Assembly (NCBI GenBank): GCA_026026165.1
Contig: JAPEUD010000059.1
Coordinates: 124,001 to 155,488, forward strand
Source of the DNA: Sarea resinae
Lineage: Eukaryota
Direction: 5' to 3'
DNA: 31,488 nucleotides
In this document: in pieces, positions 1 through 12,290 of the stretch
How the letters are laid out: each line of letters begins with the position of its first letter
How positions within the stretch are numbered: position 1 is the stretch's first letter
The notes under the pieces: model-generated
The model's database searches: none
What the model was told of the DNA's origin: nothing
The model's input: the letters and a program-made list of their open reading frames with translations, nothing else
Made by a program: the position numbers and the translations under genes

Positions 1-494
1 AGGTACGAGGTATGGATGTCCAAATGCGATGAGTGCTCATGCTGGACCGCATCAATTCACGATACATGGGTGGTACCGGTACTTGACGGGGGCGGAAGAG
101 ACACCCACTACGAAGTCACGAGTCTCCCATACTTCCGTATGGCTTCTCCCAGTCGATCTCGTGGTGGGAGAGTGGAGAGTGGAAGCCATACTGTGTTCGC
201 AATAGTCTCTGGCCGTGTCCACAGGTTATGCCACTACGACGCCGGCAGGAGGTAGCGATACGATACCTCACTTTGTCTCCTTCCGTTTGCTCCCCCCCTT
301 CCCCTCTCAGGCCCCAACGTCTTCCCGGGGTCTGCGAACGCGAGAGTGGAGTTACTTGGGGGTACTTGGTAACGTAGGGAGTGGAGCGGAGTGCCAGCGG
401 TACCTATAGTACCTTATTATTAGCTTCAAATCAAATCAAGCTGCCCTGTCTGTCTCGGCTTCCTTTTAATCGCCCTGCTCCATGAACACCTTGC

Positions 495-540
495 ACCTTG
501 CACCTCACCTCACCTCACCTCACTTCACTTCACTTCACTT
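495..540 (+). repeat. (CACCT/CACTT)n pentanucleotide microsatellite upstream of UGP1
   Basis: Run of cacct/cactt units seen directly. Confidence 0.85.
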
Positions 541-695
541 CTCACGATTACTTCTTCACTGCCATTCTCCGCGATTCATTGTCCCGAAAGGCCTCAAGGA
601 CTCTTGTCGACCGCTATCCTGTGACCCGTACGCGATCTCATTCTCCAGCTGTCAATTCAAAGCCGTTCAGCTGGTTTCATACCGAGCAACACCAG

Positions 696-928
696 GTAAG
701 CTCAATCATCTCCTTTTCAACTTGCATTTGCCTGCTGGAGCTTGATTGTCATGTCATTGATCTGCTGGGAGTCTTCTCGGCATCAATCTGTGACAAGGCC
801 ATCCCAATTCCGTCTCAGCGGGTGACTGCGTTGGCCTTTGCCCAAGGTTCAATCTATTGTCCGCGCTTGCAGGAGCCACCTTTATTTTCCTTCACCTCCA
901 ATAAAGCTAATGATGGATACCTGACCAG
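696..928 (+). other. Probable 5'-UTR intron of UGP1
   Basis: Donor CAG|GTAAGC at 696, branch GCTAAT at 906-911, acceptor CAG at 926-928, 36 nt before the ATG at 965. Confidence 0.65.
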
Positions 929-964
929 GAAGCAAACAGCTCCCATCTCGCATACACGTACACA

Positions 965-2779
965 ATGGCCTCCAAGATCAAGGATGCTCTTCCGTCCCAC
1001 CTCAAGCCAGGCAGCGGAACTGATGCCGACTTTGAGCGGAAACATCACGGCAAGACCAGGTCGCACATGGTAAGTCCTCCAATCTCACATTATTCGTCTG
1101 CATTCCCTCCAAATGTTCAAGTGCGAGATGGTATTGTATTCAGAACGCTATCCGCCCAGTGGTAGCAACGCAGGGCTTTTGGGGTGTCTGGAGACATCTT
1201 CGAAGCAGGCTCGGCTTTTTACCACATGGCTCACCCGCACACCTGTGCCTTTTACCTGCGTTGCGGTACCATCGTTCAGAGTCGGAGGCTGACCAGTCGT
1301 GATCCAATCCTCAAGGCATTCGAGAACACCTCGACTTCGGTTGCTGCTAGCCAGATGCGAAATGCTCTCAACGACCTCGCCGACACCGTGAAGGATGCGG
1401 AGGAGAAGAAGCGGTTCGAGACGGAGATGGACAACTTCTTTGCCCTCTTCCGAAGATATCTCAATGACAAGGCGAAGGGAAACACCCTGGCGTGGGACCG
1501 TATTGCACCACCACAACCTCAGCAGGTGGTTGAATACAATGACCTAGCAAACTCCGAGTCTGTGGAGTTCCTCAACAAGCTCGCGGTGCTCAAGCTCAAT
1601 GGCGGTCTGGGAACTTCCATGGGCTGCGTTGGTCCCAAGTCAGTCATCGAGGTTCGAGATGGCATGTCTTTTCTGGATCTGTCTGTCCGACAGATTGAGT
1701 TTCTCAACCGAACTTACGACGTCAACGTTCCATTCGTTCTGATGAACTCGTTCAACACCGACTCGGATACCAAGAACATCATCAAGAAGTACGAAGGCCA
1801 CAACATTGATATCCTTACCTTCAACCAGTCAAGATACCCTCGAATTTTGAAGGATTCTCTCCTCCCCGCTCCGAAGTCCATTGACTCCCCGATCAGCGAC
1901 TGGTACCCCCCAGGACACGGTGACGTCTTTGAGTCACTGTACAACTCCGGCATCCTTGACAAGCTCATCGAGCGTGGTGTCGAGATCATCTTCCTTTCCA
2001 ACGCCGACAACCTGGGCGCTGTGGTCGATCTCAAAATTCTCCAACACATGGTCGAGTCCAAGGCTGAATACATCATGGAGCTGACGGACAAGACCAAGGC
2101 TGACGTCAAGGGAGGAACCATTATCGATTACGAGGGCTCCGTCAGATTACTCGAAATCGCCCAAGTGCCAAAGGAGCACACCAACGAGTTCAAGTCGATC
2201 AAGAAGTTCAAGTACTTCAACACCAACAACATTTGGCTCAACCTCAAGGCCATCAAGCGCGTGGTGGAGAACAACGAGCTGGAGATGGAGATTATCCCGA
2301 ATAACAAGTCCATCCCTGCCGACAAGAAGGGCGAGTCAGATGTGTCTATAGTCCAGCTCGAGACGGCGGTCGGTGCTGCCATTCGCCACTTTAGCAACGC
2401 CCACGGTGTCAACGTACCTCGCAGACGTTTCTTGCCAGTCAAGACCTGCTCTGACTTGATGCTCGTAAAGTCTGATCTATACAGCCTCAGACATGGTCAG
2501 CTCGTTATCGATTCGAGCCGTTTCGGACCCGCCCCATTGATCAAGCTTGGAAGCGATTTCAAGAAAGTCAGCGACTTCCAGAAGCGCATCTCCAGCATCC
2601 CAAAGATTTTGGAACTGGATCATCTCACCATCACTGGCGCGGTCAACTTGGGCAGAGGAGTCACGCTCAAGGGAACTGTCATCATCGTCGCAACGGAAGG
2701 TAGCACCATCGACATTCCTCCGGGGTCGATTCTAGAGAATGTGGTTGTGCAGGGTAGCTTGAGACTCTTGGAGCATTAG
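965..2779 (+). CDS. UGP1: UTP-glucose-1-phosphate uridylyltransferase (UDP-glucose pyrophosphorylase); exons 965-1069 and 1316-2779
   Basis: Motifs [25 protein letters not shown] and RRFLPVK. Intron 1070-1315 (GTAAGT...GCTGAC...AAG) joins MASKIK...KTRSHM to [18 protein letters not shown] in frame. Confidence 0.97.
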
Positions 2780-2814
2780 TTTCTCGAGCGCTTACGCTTC
2801 CTCGGTGAGCTCTG

Positions 2815-2848
2815 GCTGGTGACGGCAAGTCGCTGGTGACGGCAAGTC
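2815..2848 (+). repeat. Perfect 17-bp tandem duplication in the UGP1 3' region
   Basis: gctggtgacggcaagtc x2. Confidence 0.9.
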
Positions 2849-3370
2849 TTGTTGCTGAATTTAGCTTTTAATCGCGTTAGATTGCAATTCCACCTTGCTG
2901 TGGTTGGCTTCGTGAACGAGATGTCTATATAGTCAAATGAAGCATACCATTCACGTTTACTGACAGTCGTGGGTGACTTGGAACTACTACGTTGCTCGCT
3001 CCCAAGCTTGCGCTTTTGGCATGCTCTGGCGCACCTTTTATGAAAGCCGGGTTTGAAGCGAACTGGGTTATTCTGTGCAGAACATCATGCGGACGAAATA
3101 CGTTTGTGATGCATCCATTCCGGATTCAAATTCGCCTCCGACTATGCTAACGAGTGGTCAAAAACATTCAGTGCTGAAGAGACGAGCTGACAACGACAGC
3201 AGAACGGGGCTCCCATCCTATCCTGCCCCTTGCCGAAGAAGAAGAACAGAACCCGAAGGGCCGCCAAGTGCTCGGAGTCGACGATGACAATAACAAAACA
3301 CCCCAGTTTGCCCAGCGCCCATCTTCCACAGCTCCCGTACCATCGGATCCGTATGCCCAGACCGGCGCGA

Positions 3371-4465
3371 TCAGTTGCTGAGATCGACGTCGTACCCGGG
3401 CAGAAAGGGATGCACCTCGTCGGTCCCACACCCGACTCTTACTCTGTTGATGAAGTCATCCGTCACGCTCCCAAAGATCAGGATCTTCGATGGCGTCTTG
3501 ATGTAGTCCATCAGAGGCAGCAGCATGGGTTCCAGCGCGGCCATCTGCGCCTCGTTCGGGTGGATGGTCGCGGCCTCCTCGACGAGGTCTCGGGTCGTGT
3601 CGCAGCTCTTCTGGACGAGGTGTTCCTGCAGCAGGATGCTGAGCGTCCAGAACTGCGCGTCGAGGAAGCAGCGGTCCTCGAGCGGCGGCTTGGTGTGCCG
3701 GGCGCGGGCGCGCGCGACGGGGATCATCTTGCGCACAAACGGCTTGCATGCCTCGCGCACCATCTTGCCGATGGCTTCGGCTTTGCGGCGGATGACGGCG
3801 TCCGATTCGTGGATCCAGTCGGCGTCGTAGTGGATCAGCAGCCGCACGCGGCCGATGCGCGCGTAGACGTGCTCGTACATGAGGCGCGCGTCTTCCATGC
3901 GGCGGGGGCGGAAATGGTGCCAGAAGCCCGAGTCGCGGAAGACCATCTTGGTGCCGGCGCGGATGGGGATGGTGAAGAGGTTCTCGTAGAACAGGACCTC
4001 GAGCGCCTCGTCGTGGATCTGGCGGTTGGTCCTCAGGATGGCCGGGTGCAGGTTCCAGCCGCGGAAGGTGGACGTGGAGTTGGCGCGGCCCGACTGGTTG
4101 GCCGACTTGAAGAAGCACAGGAAGATGGGGTAGTCCAGCAGCAGCAGTTGCCGGTAGACCATCTTGCGGAACGTCTCCGGGAAAGCGAGAAAGTCGCGGC
4201 TGGACCGGGGGGTATCTGACGGTATTGGGGATGGCGGCAGAGGCGGCAGTGACGGGCTCTCTGCGATGGGATAGATTTGTTGCTCTGATGGCGACTTGAC
4301 TTGGGCATCTTTGGGAGCGGATCCCGTTATGACGTCCTCTTCGGCGAGCGGTTTGAATGCGATGGCCGAGAGAGCCTTGCGGAGAGAACCGCGCAGGCGC
4401 AGGGTGTTGGATTTCACCGTGTTGGGTCTCTCCATGTTGGATCTCTCCGTGTTGGATCTCTCCAT
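3371..4465 (-). CDS. Hypothetical protein, fungal F-box-like/DUF7730-type (~364 aa)
   Basis: First ATG of the long ORF is at 4465 (MERSNT...). Contains FLAFPETFRKMVYRQLL...LHPAILRTNRQIHDEALEVLFYENLF, typical of fungal F-box-like hypotheticals, with strong GC3 codon bias. Family assignment is by eye. Confidence 0.75.
   Translation of the reverse strand: MERSNTERSNMERPNTVKSNTLRLRGSLRKALSAIAFKPLAEEDVITGSAPKDAQVKSPSEQQIYPIAESPSLPPLPPSPIPSDTPRSSRDFLAFPETFRKMVYRQLLLLDYPIFLCFFKSANQSGRANSTSTFRGWNLHPAILRTNRQIHDEALEVLFYENLFTIPIRAGTKMVFRDSGFWHHFRPRRMEDARLMYEHVYARIGRVRLLIHYDADWIHESDAVIRRKAEAIGKMVREACKPFVRKMIPVARARARHTKPPLEDRCFLDAQFWTLSILLQEHLVQKSCDTTRDLVEEAATIHPNEAQMAALEPMLLPLMDYIKTPSKILIFGSVTDDFINRVRVGCGTDEVHPFLPGYDVDLSN
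4404..4463 (-). repeat. 15-bp coding tandem repeat x4 (MERSN/TERSN/MERPN/TVKSN)
   Basis: Plus-strand units gtgttggatttcacc, gtgttgggtctctcc, atgttggatctctcc, gtgttggatctctcc. Confidence 0.8.
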
Positions 4466-5642
4466 GGTGATCGGTGGGCTTCCGACTTTTCTGGAGATGG
4501 GTTGACTCGATCTGGCTTTGGGGCGGATGATCACGGCGCAAGTACGTGGAGATGAGGATGTGCGCGCTGGATGGTGTGTGAAGCATCGGAGGTGCGAGGT
4601 CGCGAGGTCTCATCATTGTTTACAGGCGATATCAAAGGGGACGTGTGGGGGGGGGACAGTGAACAGTGAGAAGTAAACAAGACGGAAGTCCATCTAGATA
4701 GTCTATGCAGTGGAGGCAGGTATATATGGGTTCCGCTTTAGGAACGAGCGACAGAAGCCCCATACGACCAGATCTGGATACCATGACTGTATCCAATTCT
4801 CATCGCATCGGTGGAAGAGACTCGGGAATCACAATGCTTCGACATCTGAGAATGACAATTAGACCGTCGATGCGCCTTGCACCGAGGGGTCCTCACAATA
4901 TGTAATGCAAGTATGATGATCTGCGTGGACGTCTCATCGTTCCGCTGATCCGCCTCGTACGGGATCGGTGAGAGTGAATAGCACGAGACGTCGAGATAGC
5001 AAGATGACCGTAACATGGCCAAGCAGAGCGAGGGACATGAAGGCCCAGCAGTGAAGAGAGGAATCGTCATCCATGATCACATCGAAGAGGCATCTTATAC
5101 CGATGCACGCGAATGGGAGGCGGACGGCGGGCGACGTGGGGAGGGAAGGGAGGGAAAGTGGGGGGTTCGGCGCTGTCTCGCCGTGCCACGTTTCTGCCCG
5201 CGCACACCGACGGCGAACAGCCAACAGCAGCGGCGGCAGCGACAGCAGCAGCTGCACGAGCCAAAGCAACACAGCAGAGCAGAGCAGAGCCCGCCGCCCA
5301 CAGCCAACAGGCCACCGCCCACAGACAGACAGACTGACAGCCCTTACTTTTACTCGGGATATTCGATCCTCTACTCCCTCTCTCTCTCTCACCTCCATAC
5401 ATCCTCTTCGCTTCACTTCACTCGTCGTCCATCCTATATCACTCACTCACTCATCCTCACTCTCTTGACCACGGCCATTGATGCACGGTCAGCCGGCATC
5501 AGAGCTCAACTCAGGTCAAGTCACGGTCACCAGCATGAGCGGCCGGATGTACGTGTGCCGGAGTTAGTGTTATGGTTGCAGTGGACTCGGACGACGAGTA
5601 CTCGTACGTGACTGTGGTCGTCGGGTACGGTAGGCATTCTTG

Positions 5643-7452
5643 ATGGCGGCCCCCACTAGTACTCCCCCGCCGGAGATCAAGACCGATCCACCAAATCTAC
5701 CAGATCAACAACAAGGAGACGACGACGACCATCAACACGACCAACCAGAAGAACAGCCAACATCACCACCACAACCACAACCACCGCCGCCGAGACCACA
5801 CCCATCGCGTCCACCGCACCCACCGACAGACCATGAAGACCCCCTCCAGTACTGGGGCTACCTCTTCAAGCCCGACAAGACCCCGACCGAGAGATTGGAC
5901 CGGCTCCTGAAAGGCGTGGCGAATCATATTGTACGACCGACTATCAATCCATATCCGCTTGACTGCTGCTGTGCTCACAGACCTCATCGTGTAGAATGCA
6001 CACGTCGAACCTCTCCACCCGCCCCTGCTGACCCCCGTCAAGCTCGCCGCCTTCTATCGGCTCGTGGGCGGCAACTACGACAGTCTCTTCCTCGAGACCC
6101 CGCCGCCCTCGTTGTCCTTCATCTACCAGTCCCTCGGCTGCTGCCATTCGTTGCAGCCCACGCACGACGACTTTGCCCCTCCCTCGATCCCGACCCTCGA
6201 ACCCCGGGGTTTCGTACGATGGCAGACCATCCAGTTACTGCTGGGCCCAGAGGAACATGTGCCCTTCCTCCAGGATGCCGTGAGAAGATTCGACATCAAG
6301 GATCCTTCGACCGGGGAGACGTTCCCCAAGATTCTCCCCAAAGAAGCGTTTCCCGAGCGCCCGGATGAGGACGTCGTCGGATGGCACGACCAAGTCACCG
6401 ACCGACTCCGAAAGGAAGCACAGAGAGCCATGATGCGATCCCGACAGCGCGGACGAGACCCCCAGCAGTCGTTTGCGGATACCAGAGATTCCAACTCGCG
6501 AGATGGCAAAGTCTCGGACGCGGCCGATTACTTTTCCAACCCGCATTATCGTGATGCCGACGGCCGTCCGCACATTGTCCGGATCTCTCATTCCGCCGGC
6601 TCTCATCATCGATACGAACGCCGCGAAGATCCGCGGGGAGGCCGTCCACGCTTCCACTATCGCCGGAGTAGCCTGCCCGAACACTACCATCCACAGCAAG
6701 AGAAGATGCCCCCACCACAGCCTTCCGGCTACCATCATGAGTACGACCCCAAAATGCCGCCACATCAGCACGGGTCAAGGTCGAGACATCACCGCAGCCC
6801 GAGCCCTTCGTCGTTGTCGACCTCGTCCACTTCGGCGACTTCGGATACGGATGAACACGTGCGCGCTCCCCCTCACGGCCGCGCTCATGAAGGGAGTGTG
6901 AGTCCCATCGCCCGCGATCGCCGGAGTCAAGAGATGTCGCCCAAGTCCGCACACTCGGCGTTTCCCTCGTTGCCGCAGGATGACTATCACGATCATAGCG
7001 GCCACCACTACCACCACCACCACCATCACCGCCCGTATGACGACGATCCTGGTCAGCGTCATCCCCGCCGCCACTCCGACCTCCGCTACGGTCCTCCTCC
7101 GCCTAACGCGTATCCGCCTGGCTTCGCCGTGCCACCTGCGGCCCGGGTCCAGCACGTGGCACCTCCACCACCGGGCTACTTTGCGCGTCCTTCGACATCC
7201 CAGCCGGGTTATTACATGTCAGAAGAGTCCGGGGTGCGACGACCGAGCATCGGTGGCATCATCGGGGCGAGACGGGTGAGCAGTCGGAGTGTGGAGCGGG
7301 AGCGCGAGCGGGACCGGGAGTATGAGAGGGTCGAGAGGGTGGAGCGGGGGAGGGAGCGGGATGGAGATCGATGGGGGGGGAGAAGACTGGCCAGTCCTGT
7401 CCGGGGGGTCGATGGCCGACGGTATCCTGCCGATCAGCGATTGTGGCGGTAG
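5643..7452 (+). CDS. Conserved fungal protein with DUF7514-like N-terminal domain and Pro/His/Arg-rich tail; exons 5643-5930 and 5995-7452
   Basis: Intron 5931-5994 (GTACGA...GCTCAC...TAG) joins YWGYLFKPDKTPTERLDRLLKGVANHI to NAHVEP...LTPVKLAAFYRLVGGNYD...GFVRWQTIQLLLGPEEHVPFLQ in frame. Domain name is from recalled family resemblance. Confidence 0.85.
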
Positions 7453-7485
7453 TGGTGAAGTGTATTTAATCATTTGAGCATGACT

Positions 7486-7592
7486 TCTACCAACCCACCT
7501 TGTCTACCAACCCACCTTGTCTACCAGCCCACCTTGTCTACCAGCCCACCTTGTCTACCAACCTACCTTCTCTACCAAAGCCACCTTTTCTA
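7486..7592 (+). repeat. 17-bp minisatellite (TCTACCARCCCACCTTG) about x6, degenerating 3'-ward
   Basis: Tandem units seen directly, starting 34 nt after the stop codon at 7452. Confidence 0.9.
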
Positions 7593-8719
7593 CCTTGCCT
7601 GCCTTATCTTAGTATTAGCGTCTTGTACCACTTCTATGCACTATGCATCTTGTCCAAGATCCGGTCCCATATCGCCAACCCAAGGATGAGATCTCTGAGT
7701 CATATGACTCTGTCTGTACACCTCAGTTCCTCGCCGCGCAAGACTTGATGTCCATGATCTCCCCGACAGTGAAAATGAAGTAGGAGATTACCGCTAGTCG
7801 TGATCCGCGCCTCTGGCTCGAACTATCTCTGGTTCCGGTCTTCTCCTCTACTACCTTGGTAACTACTTACTACACCCCCGCGCATATCATATCATGTCTT
7901 TCGCTCTCGAATGAGGCCACATACTCCTAGATCCATGCACTGGTCAAATCCCTAAAACGAATGTTACGTTTTTCATCTACCTAGATGATCCAGTCAAGTC
8001 CAGCGTCTTTGCCAGTTGGGTCGTTTGGCCTTTTTATTCCGCCGTGTCTATAGCCCTTCCTATAAACCAAAAAAGAAAAAGAAACAAACTACACCAAACC
8101 GATATGATTGTTTGGTTTTGGCTTTCTCCTCTTGTTGGATTTATGCCCCGGTCTGGAAAGAGGAAATAATGATAGACTCGACTGGCTGGCTGGCTGGCTG
8201 GCCGATCGTGGGACGGACAGCGGACACCGGACATGGTCGCCAGCCCGAGCACCAGCCCCAGATACTAGATTCAGACACCCCACCAAGCCAACGAATAAAG
8301 GAACGAATCCGATCTCGAGGCCTTCTTCCTTTCCCTTTTCCTCCTCCTTATTCGCTTCTCCCTATCATCCTTTCTTTTTTCGATCTCAATTGGGTTTCGA
8401 TTTTCATTTCATTTTCATTTCCTCTCGATTTGGATTCCGCGCCGAGAACAACAACGACGACGACATGGAAACCAAGATGATCGCATCATAGAACTGTTTT
8501 GGATCCGGTACCTTGCGCACAGTGACAGCGGGCTCCAACGTCGTTTTCTTGCCGATTTTCTATATACGCATATCGAACGCGCGATGGACTGGACTAGGTT
8601 AGACTACTCCTTACCCCTTTACCCCTGTCTTTTCCTCTTTCTGTTCATAGAGCCTACTACTGTACGCCACGCTATACTACACCACGCCGCATCACGCCGC
8701 ACCGCTCTGCTCTGCTCTG

Positions 8720-9270
8720 CCCTGCGTAGAGCTGAGCTAAGCTAAAGAAAGAATAGATCATAGATAATAAGAACATCTACTATGGTATATATGTAGATAA
8801 CACTACCTACCTCTAGAGATTAGAGAGAGAGAGGTATAGTACTAAAGAGGTAGTATTTTGTTTATATAAAGAGAGGTAAAGAAGATAGATCTTATAGTAG
8901 TCCTAGTGTTTATAGAGGAGTGTGTACTAGTATATAGTGTAGAGATAGTAAAGGTGTTTAGAGAAGAGGTGTTTATATACTAGAAAGGAAAAGAGTATAC
9001 CTCCTACTACTATTCCTATAAATCAATTCGATCTAGGTAGGTTATAGATCTTTAGAACTAGTCTAAATAGATAGAGTTATACTATACTATTCTATCTACT
9101 TTAGTAGAGGATCTAGAGGAGAGAATATAAGAAAAGAGAGAGATTCTTACTCTTATATAACTCTAAGTCTAGACACTCTTCTAAATTCCTACTATACAGA
9201 TAAAGCTCTCGAGCTAGAGATATTAGATATCTCTATACGAGAATTTGTCTTCTAGAAGAAAAAAAAAGGC
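8720..9270. mobile_element. Heavily RIP-mutated repeat relic, family unidentifiable
   Basis: Abrupt AT-rich segment with very frequent TpA (tag, cta, tata) and few CpA/TpG, ending in TCTAGAAG plus an A-run. Boundaries are approximate. Confidence 0.65.
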
Positions 9271-9824
9271 CTCACGTATATACACGGAATTATCCTATAG
9301 GAATAGAATCTTTTTCGCTCATCGACGGTCGGAACGTGCGTCAGACCTGAATGTCGTGAAGGAATAGGTGGATGGCCGAGGAGGCAGACAAGGTAGCAGT
9401 ACTAAAAGGCTTGATTTGATCGTGTGCTCTATAGAGGAGACATGGTTCTTCTAGCTACGCATAACGATGAGTTATTACAGAGGCGTGATCTGCCAACTGA
9501 GCGAAAAGGGCGGCTGCCTGTACTCAGGGCAGATTCGAGAGGAAACTTGATGCCATACTAGCCTAAACTACAGAGATGGTACCATGAGCGCCAGTAAAGC
9601 AATCCCCGGGACTCCAGTATCTTCTACCCTTTATGACTTAACTACCGTTCCCGGCTCCACCATGCGAACCCCCGTCAAACCTGCGCACCTGAAGGCGGTA
9701 TCGAGAAATGCAACGAGGGCCTTGCCTATCGCTAGTGCCGCCAACGGTCTGTCGGTCTATCGATCCGAATGGTCCAACCCCTATCGGTCCGATCCAAGGG
9801 CCTTAGACTGACAGGCGGCCTAGT

Positions 9825-10280
9825 CTAGACCTCTGGACTGGAGTATGGGACTGTTAGTAGCACTGGCCCAAATGATCTGTAAATACGCCTGCCTGTACCC
9901 CTGAGAAACCTAGAGATGATGTCTTTGGTGATGCTCTGTCCGAGCGGAATGCCTCTGAACATGAACATGACCATCATAAACCCCGGCGGCATTTGTGTTG
10001 CTACCATGGACAAGGATATGCCATCTTCTCTAGCCAGGCGCATTTCAATGGAGATATGCTCACGATGCATTGCTCCGCTTGGTGTCATGATCGGCAAGGT
10101 ACTAAGCTGTCCCCGATAGGTGTTAGAATCGTATGCAAGGCGTTCGAGGTCAGTCGTGAAGATCGTTTGCACAGTAGAGCCGTTATCATCAGCGATGACC
10201 ACGTAAGTGGTGATGTCGGTCCTCTGCCAAAAGAAGCTGCTAATCGAATTTCTGCATGTATTACATGCAGAGAATATCAA
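9825..10280 (-). pseudogene. Possible degenerate retropepsin-like (aspartic-protease-fold) gene fragment
   Basis: VIADDNGSTVQTIFTTDLERLAYDSNTYRG...TPSGAMHREHISIEMRL resembles a D-[TS]-G motif followed by retropepsin flap/beta-strand pattern. No clear ATG, and similarity appears lost after GISLS. Confidence 0.3.
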
Positions 10281-12290
10281 TAGGAGGCCAAGGTCCTCTC
10301 CGCTGGGGGCGGCCTTGGTCCGGCAAGGGCAAAGGCAAAGCCAGCGGTTGCCGGCGTCCCTCTAAGGGCAATATTCTAGGCCCTTGTGCCGCCTGTGTTG
10401 GCCTGGCCCCGCACTGCAAGGTACTTTTCGAGTACCACTTGGTTTTCGGCCGGGACCTGCGAGACCCCCTGGGGGAAAAGTCGCCGCTGTAGCAGTCAGT
10501 GGAAAGAATCCGTAAAGGTCTTTCAAGGGCACATGAAAGGCCTGCGGATTGCATCCCATTATCTGCCGAAGCGTCGTAGGAAGCAGACTGGCCTATTTGC
10601 TTCGCTGAATGCTATCCGAATTATAAGGATTTCCCAGTGGTGTGACGGTGGTCGGGTTGAGCAATTTGCCCCTTTTGCGGCAGATTATAGAGTCCGTATT
10701 GAGTGGTTGCATTGAGCTTCGAGGCAGGCAATGCTCAGATGAGTTTTAAAATCAAATTGCGTAATTTGAATGAACATATATTCTTTTTCGTGATAGCATT
10801 GGCTATTTTTATTGTTATATGAAATGTACATCCTGCTCTTATACTAGACGGTTTAAAGACCGTACCAAGTGGTCCTATTCTTCTTCGAGGCAGGTCACGG
10901 AGACCTGTTAGGTGGTCTCACTCTGCGTATTGCTAATCTGCATCCAATCGAGTGGAGCCATTCAGCTGGCTCACTCGTGAGTAGGCAATACAGCGCCTGT
11001 GTGAGGATATGAATTGGACCAGTAGAATGTTGCGTGTATTGATAAAAGACGCCCTGCATCTCAAACTAGCTCCAAACAATCAAGCTCCTGTACAGGATTA
11101 GGAACGCAGACCTCTGCCCAGACTGCTGCGTTTACGGGATAGGAGTCGGCAAGCGATCCACAATATTTCCATTTGTAAATCATTTTCGATTTTGGCAGAT
11201 CCTGTAAGGAGCGCTGCTATATAGTAGGCAGACAAGAATAACCCGGGTGAGCGGCCAAACTACGTTAGCTTTCCCGACCCCTAATCTTGGTTCAGCGTTG
11301 CTGAGTACATACTTGGGCCAGAGAAAAACCTGTAATAAGTGTAGTAAAAGAAAACTATCTATAAGACTAGGTAGTAAGTTAGGAGGTTAGAAGTAGAAGG
11401 TGTGGCAGAAAGAGCCGTGCCATTGGTGGGGAATGGAGCCACTGGGATAGGAGAGCCGGGGGAGGGGGGTCATAGTAGTCTTTTGAGGGCATATAGAAAC
11501 ATATTTGCCCATCTACCAGACCTTGCAGATCCCCACTATCATAAAGATCCAAGGCGAGAGTGATGTTTTCCTTCTGGTGGTGAGAAACATGGGTCTAAGA
11601 GGAGCTTTTGGAGTTCGCGGACCCTATATTCCAAGACCCTTAGAACGCGGGTGAAAAGACGATCGGTTTGGCAGCAGATGTACGGCCATGATGCATCCTT
11701 GTTGTTACAGCAGAAGACTGAGACTCAGAGAAGAAAAGGTGTAGTGGAGGTTCGAGGGTGATCAAGGCGAAAAGGAAGACGTCGTCAGTCTGTGAGAGTG
11801 AGGAGTGCTGCTGCTATATAGTAGGTAAATAGATATAACCTAGAGGAGCCGGGCTATAGTAGTCTTTTTGATGTACTTCGGAAGGACAGATTTGCCTATA
11901 TACTGGACCTTACACAGTCGATGAGGTGGGAGGCGGGGTTGGCGGGGTGGATGAATGAGGCAGTGATGTGAAAGTGAGTGAGTGAATGGTTCGAGTAGTC
12001 AGCCTCGCCGCCACCGCCACGCTACCCGAATGCTTAGTAAGCACTCTGAGCGCGAGAGCTCAAAGTCCAGAAAGAGACGCCGCCATTGATCGCCATCGCA
12101 TTTTGATATCTTCAGACAATCCGCGCATCCGCCTGCAATCCTCGAGCTTCCACTTCTTTTCTCGCCACGTCATCGTCGTCATCATTCAGACAGTCATATC
12201 CGCTTCATACACAACAATAGCCCCTTCATCCATCCTCGGCCTTGAGCCCTCATCTGTGGTCCTCAGCGTTCGCTCCCCCAAAACCTCAAA

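Noticed and set aside
1184..1315. N-terminal extension of the 531-aa UGP1 ORF
   Set aside because: Lies in intron 1070-1315; the true first exon is 965-1069.
3230..4616. Long overlapping ORFs 3230-4219 (+) and 3456-4616 (-)
   Set aside because: Shadow frames of the GC3-biased gene at 3371-4465; Arg/Pro/Ala-rich with no family motifs.
4934..5611. Cluster of 75-198 aa ORFs
   Set aside because: Low-complexity promoter/UTR sequence (cag, cagag, ct repeats) between divergent genes.
7486..7592. CRISPR-like array
   Set aside because: Head-to-tail units without unique spacers, in a eukaryotic context.
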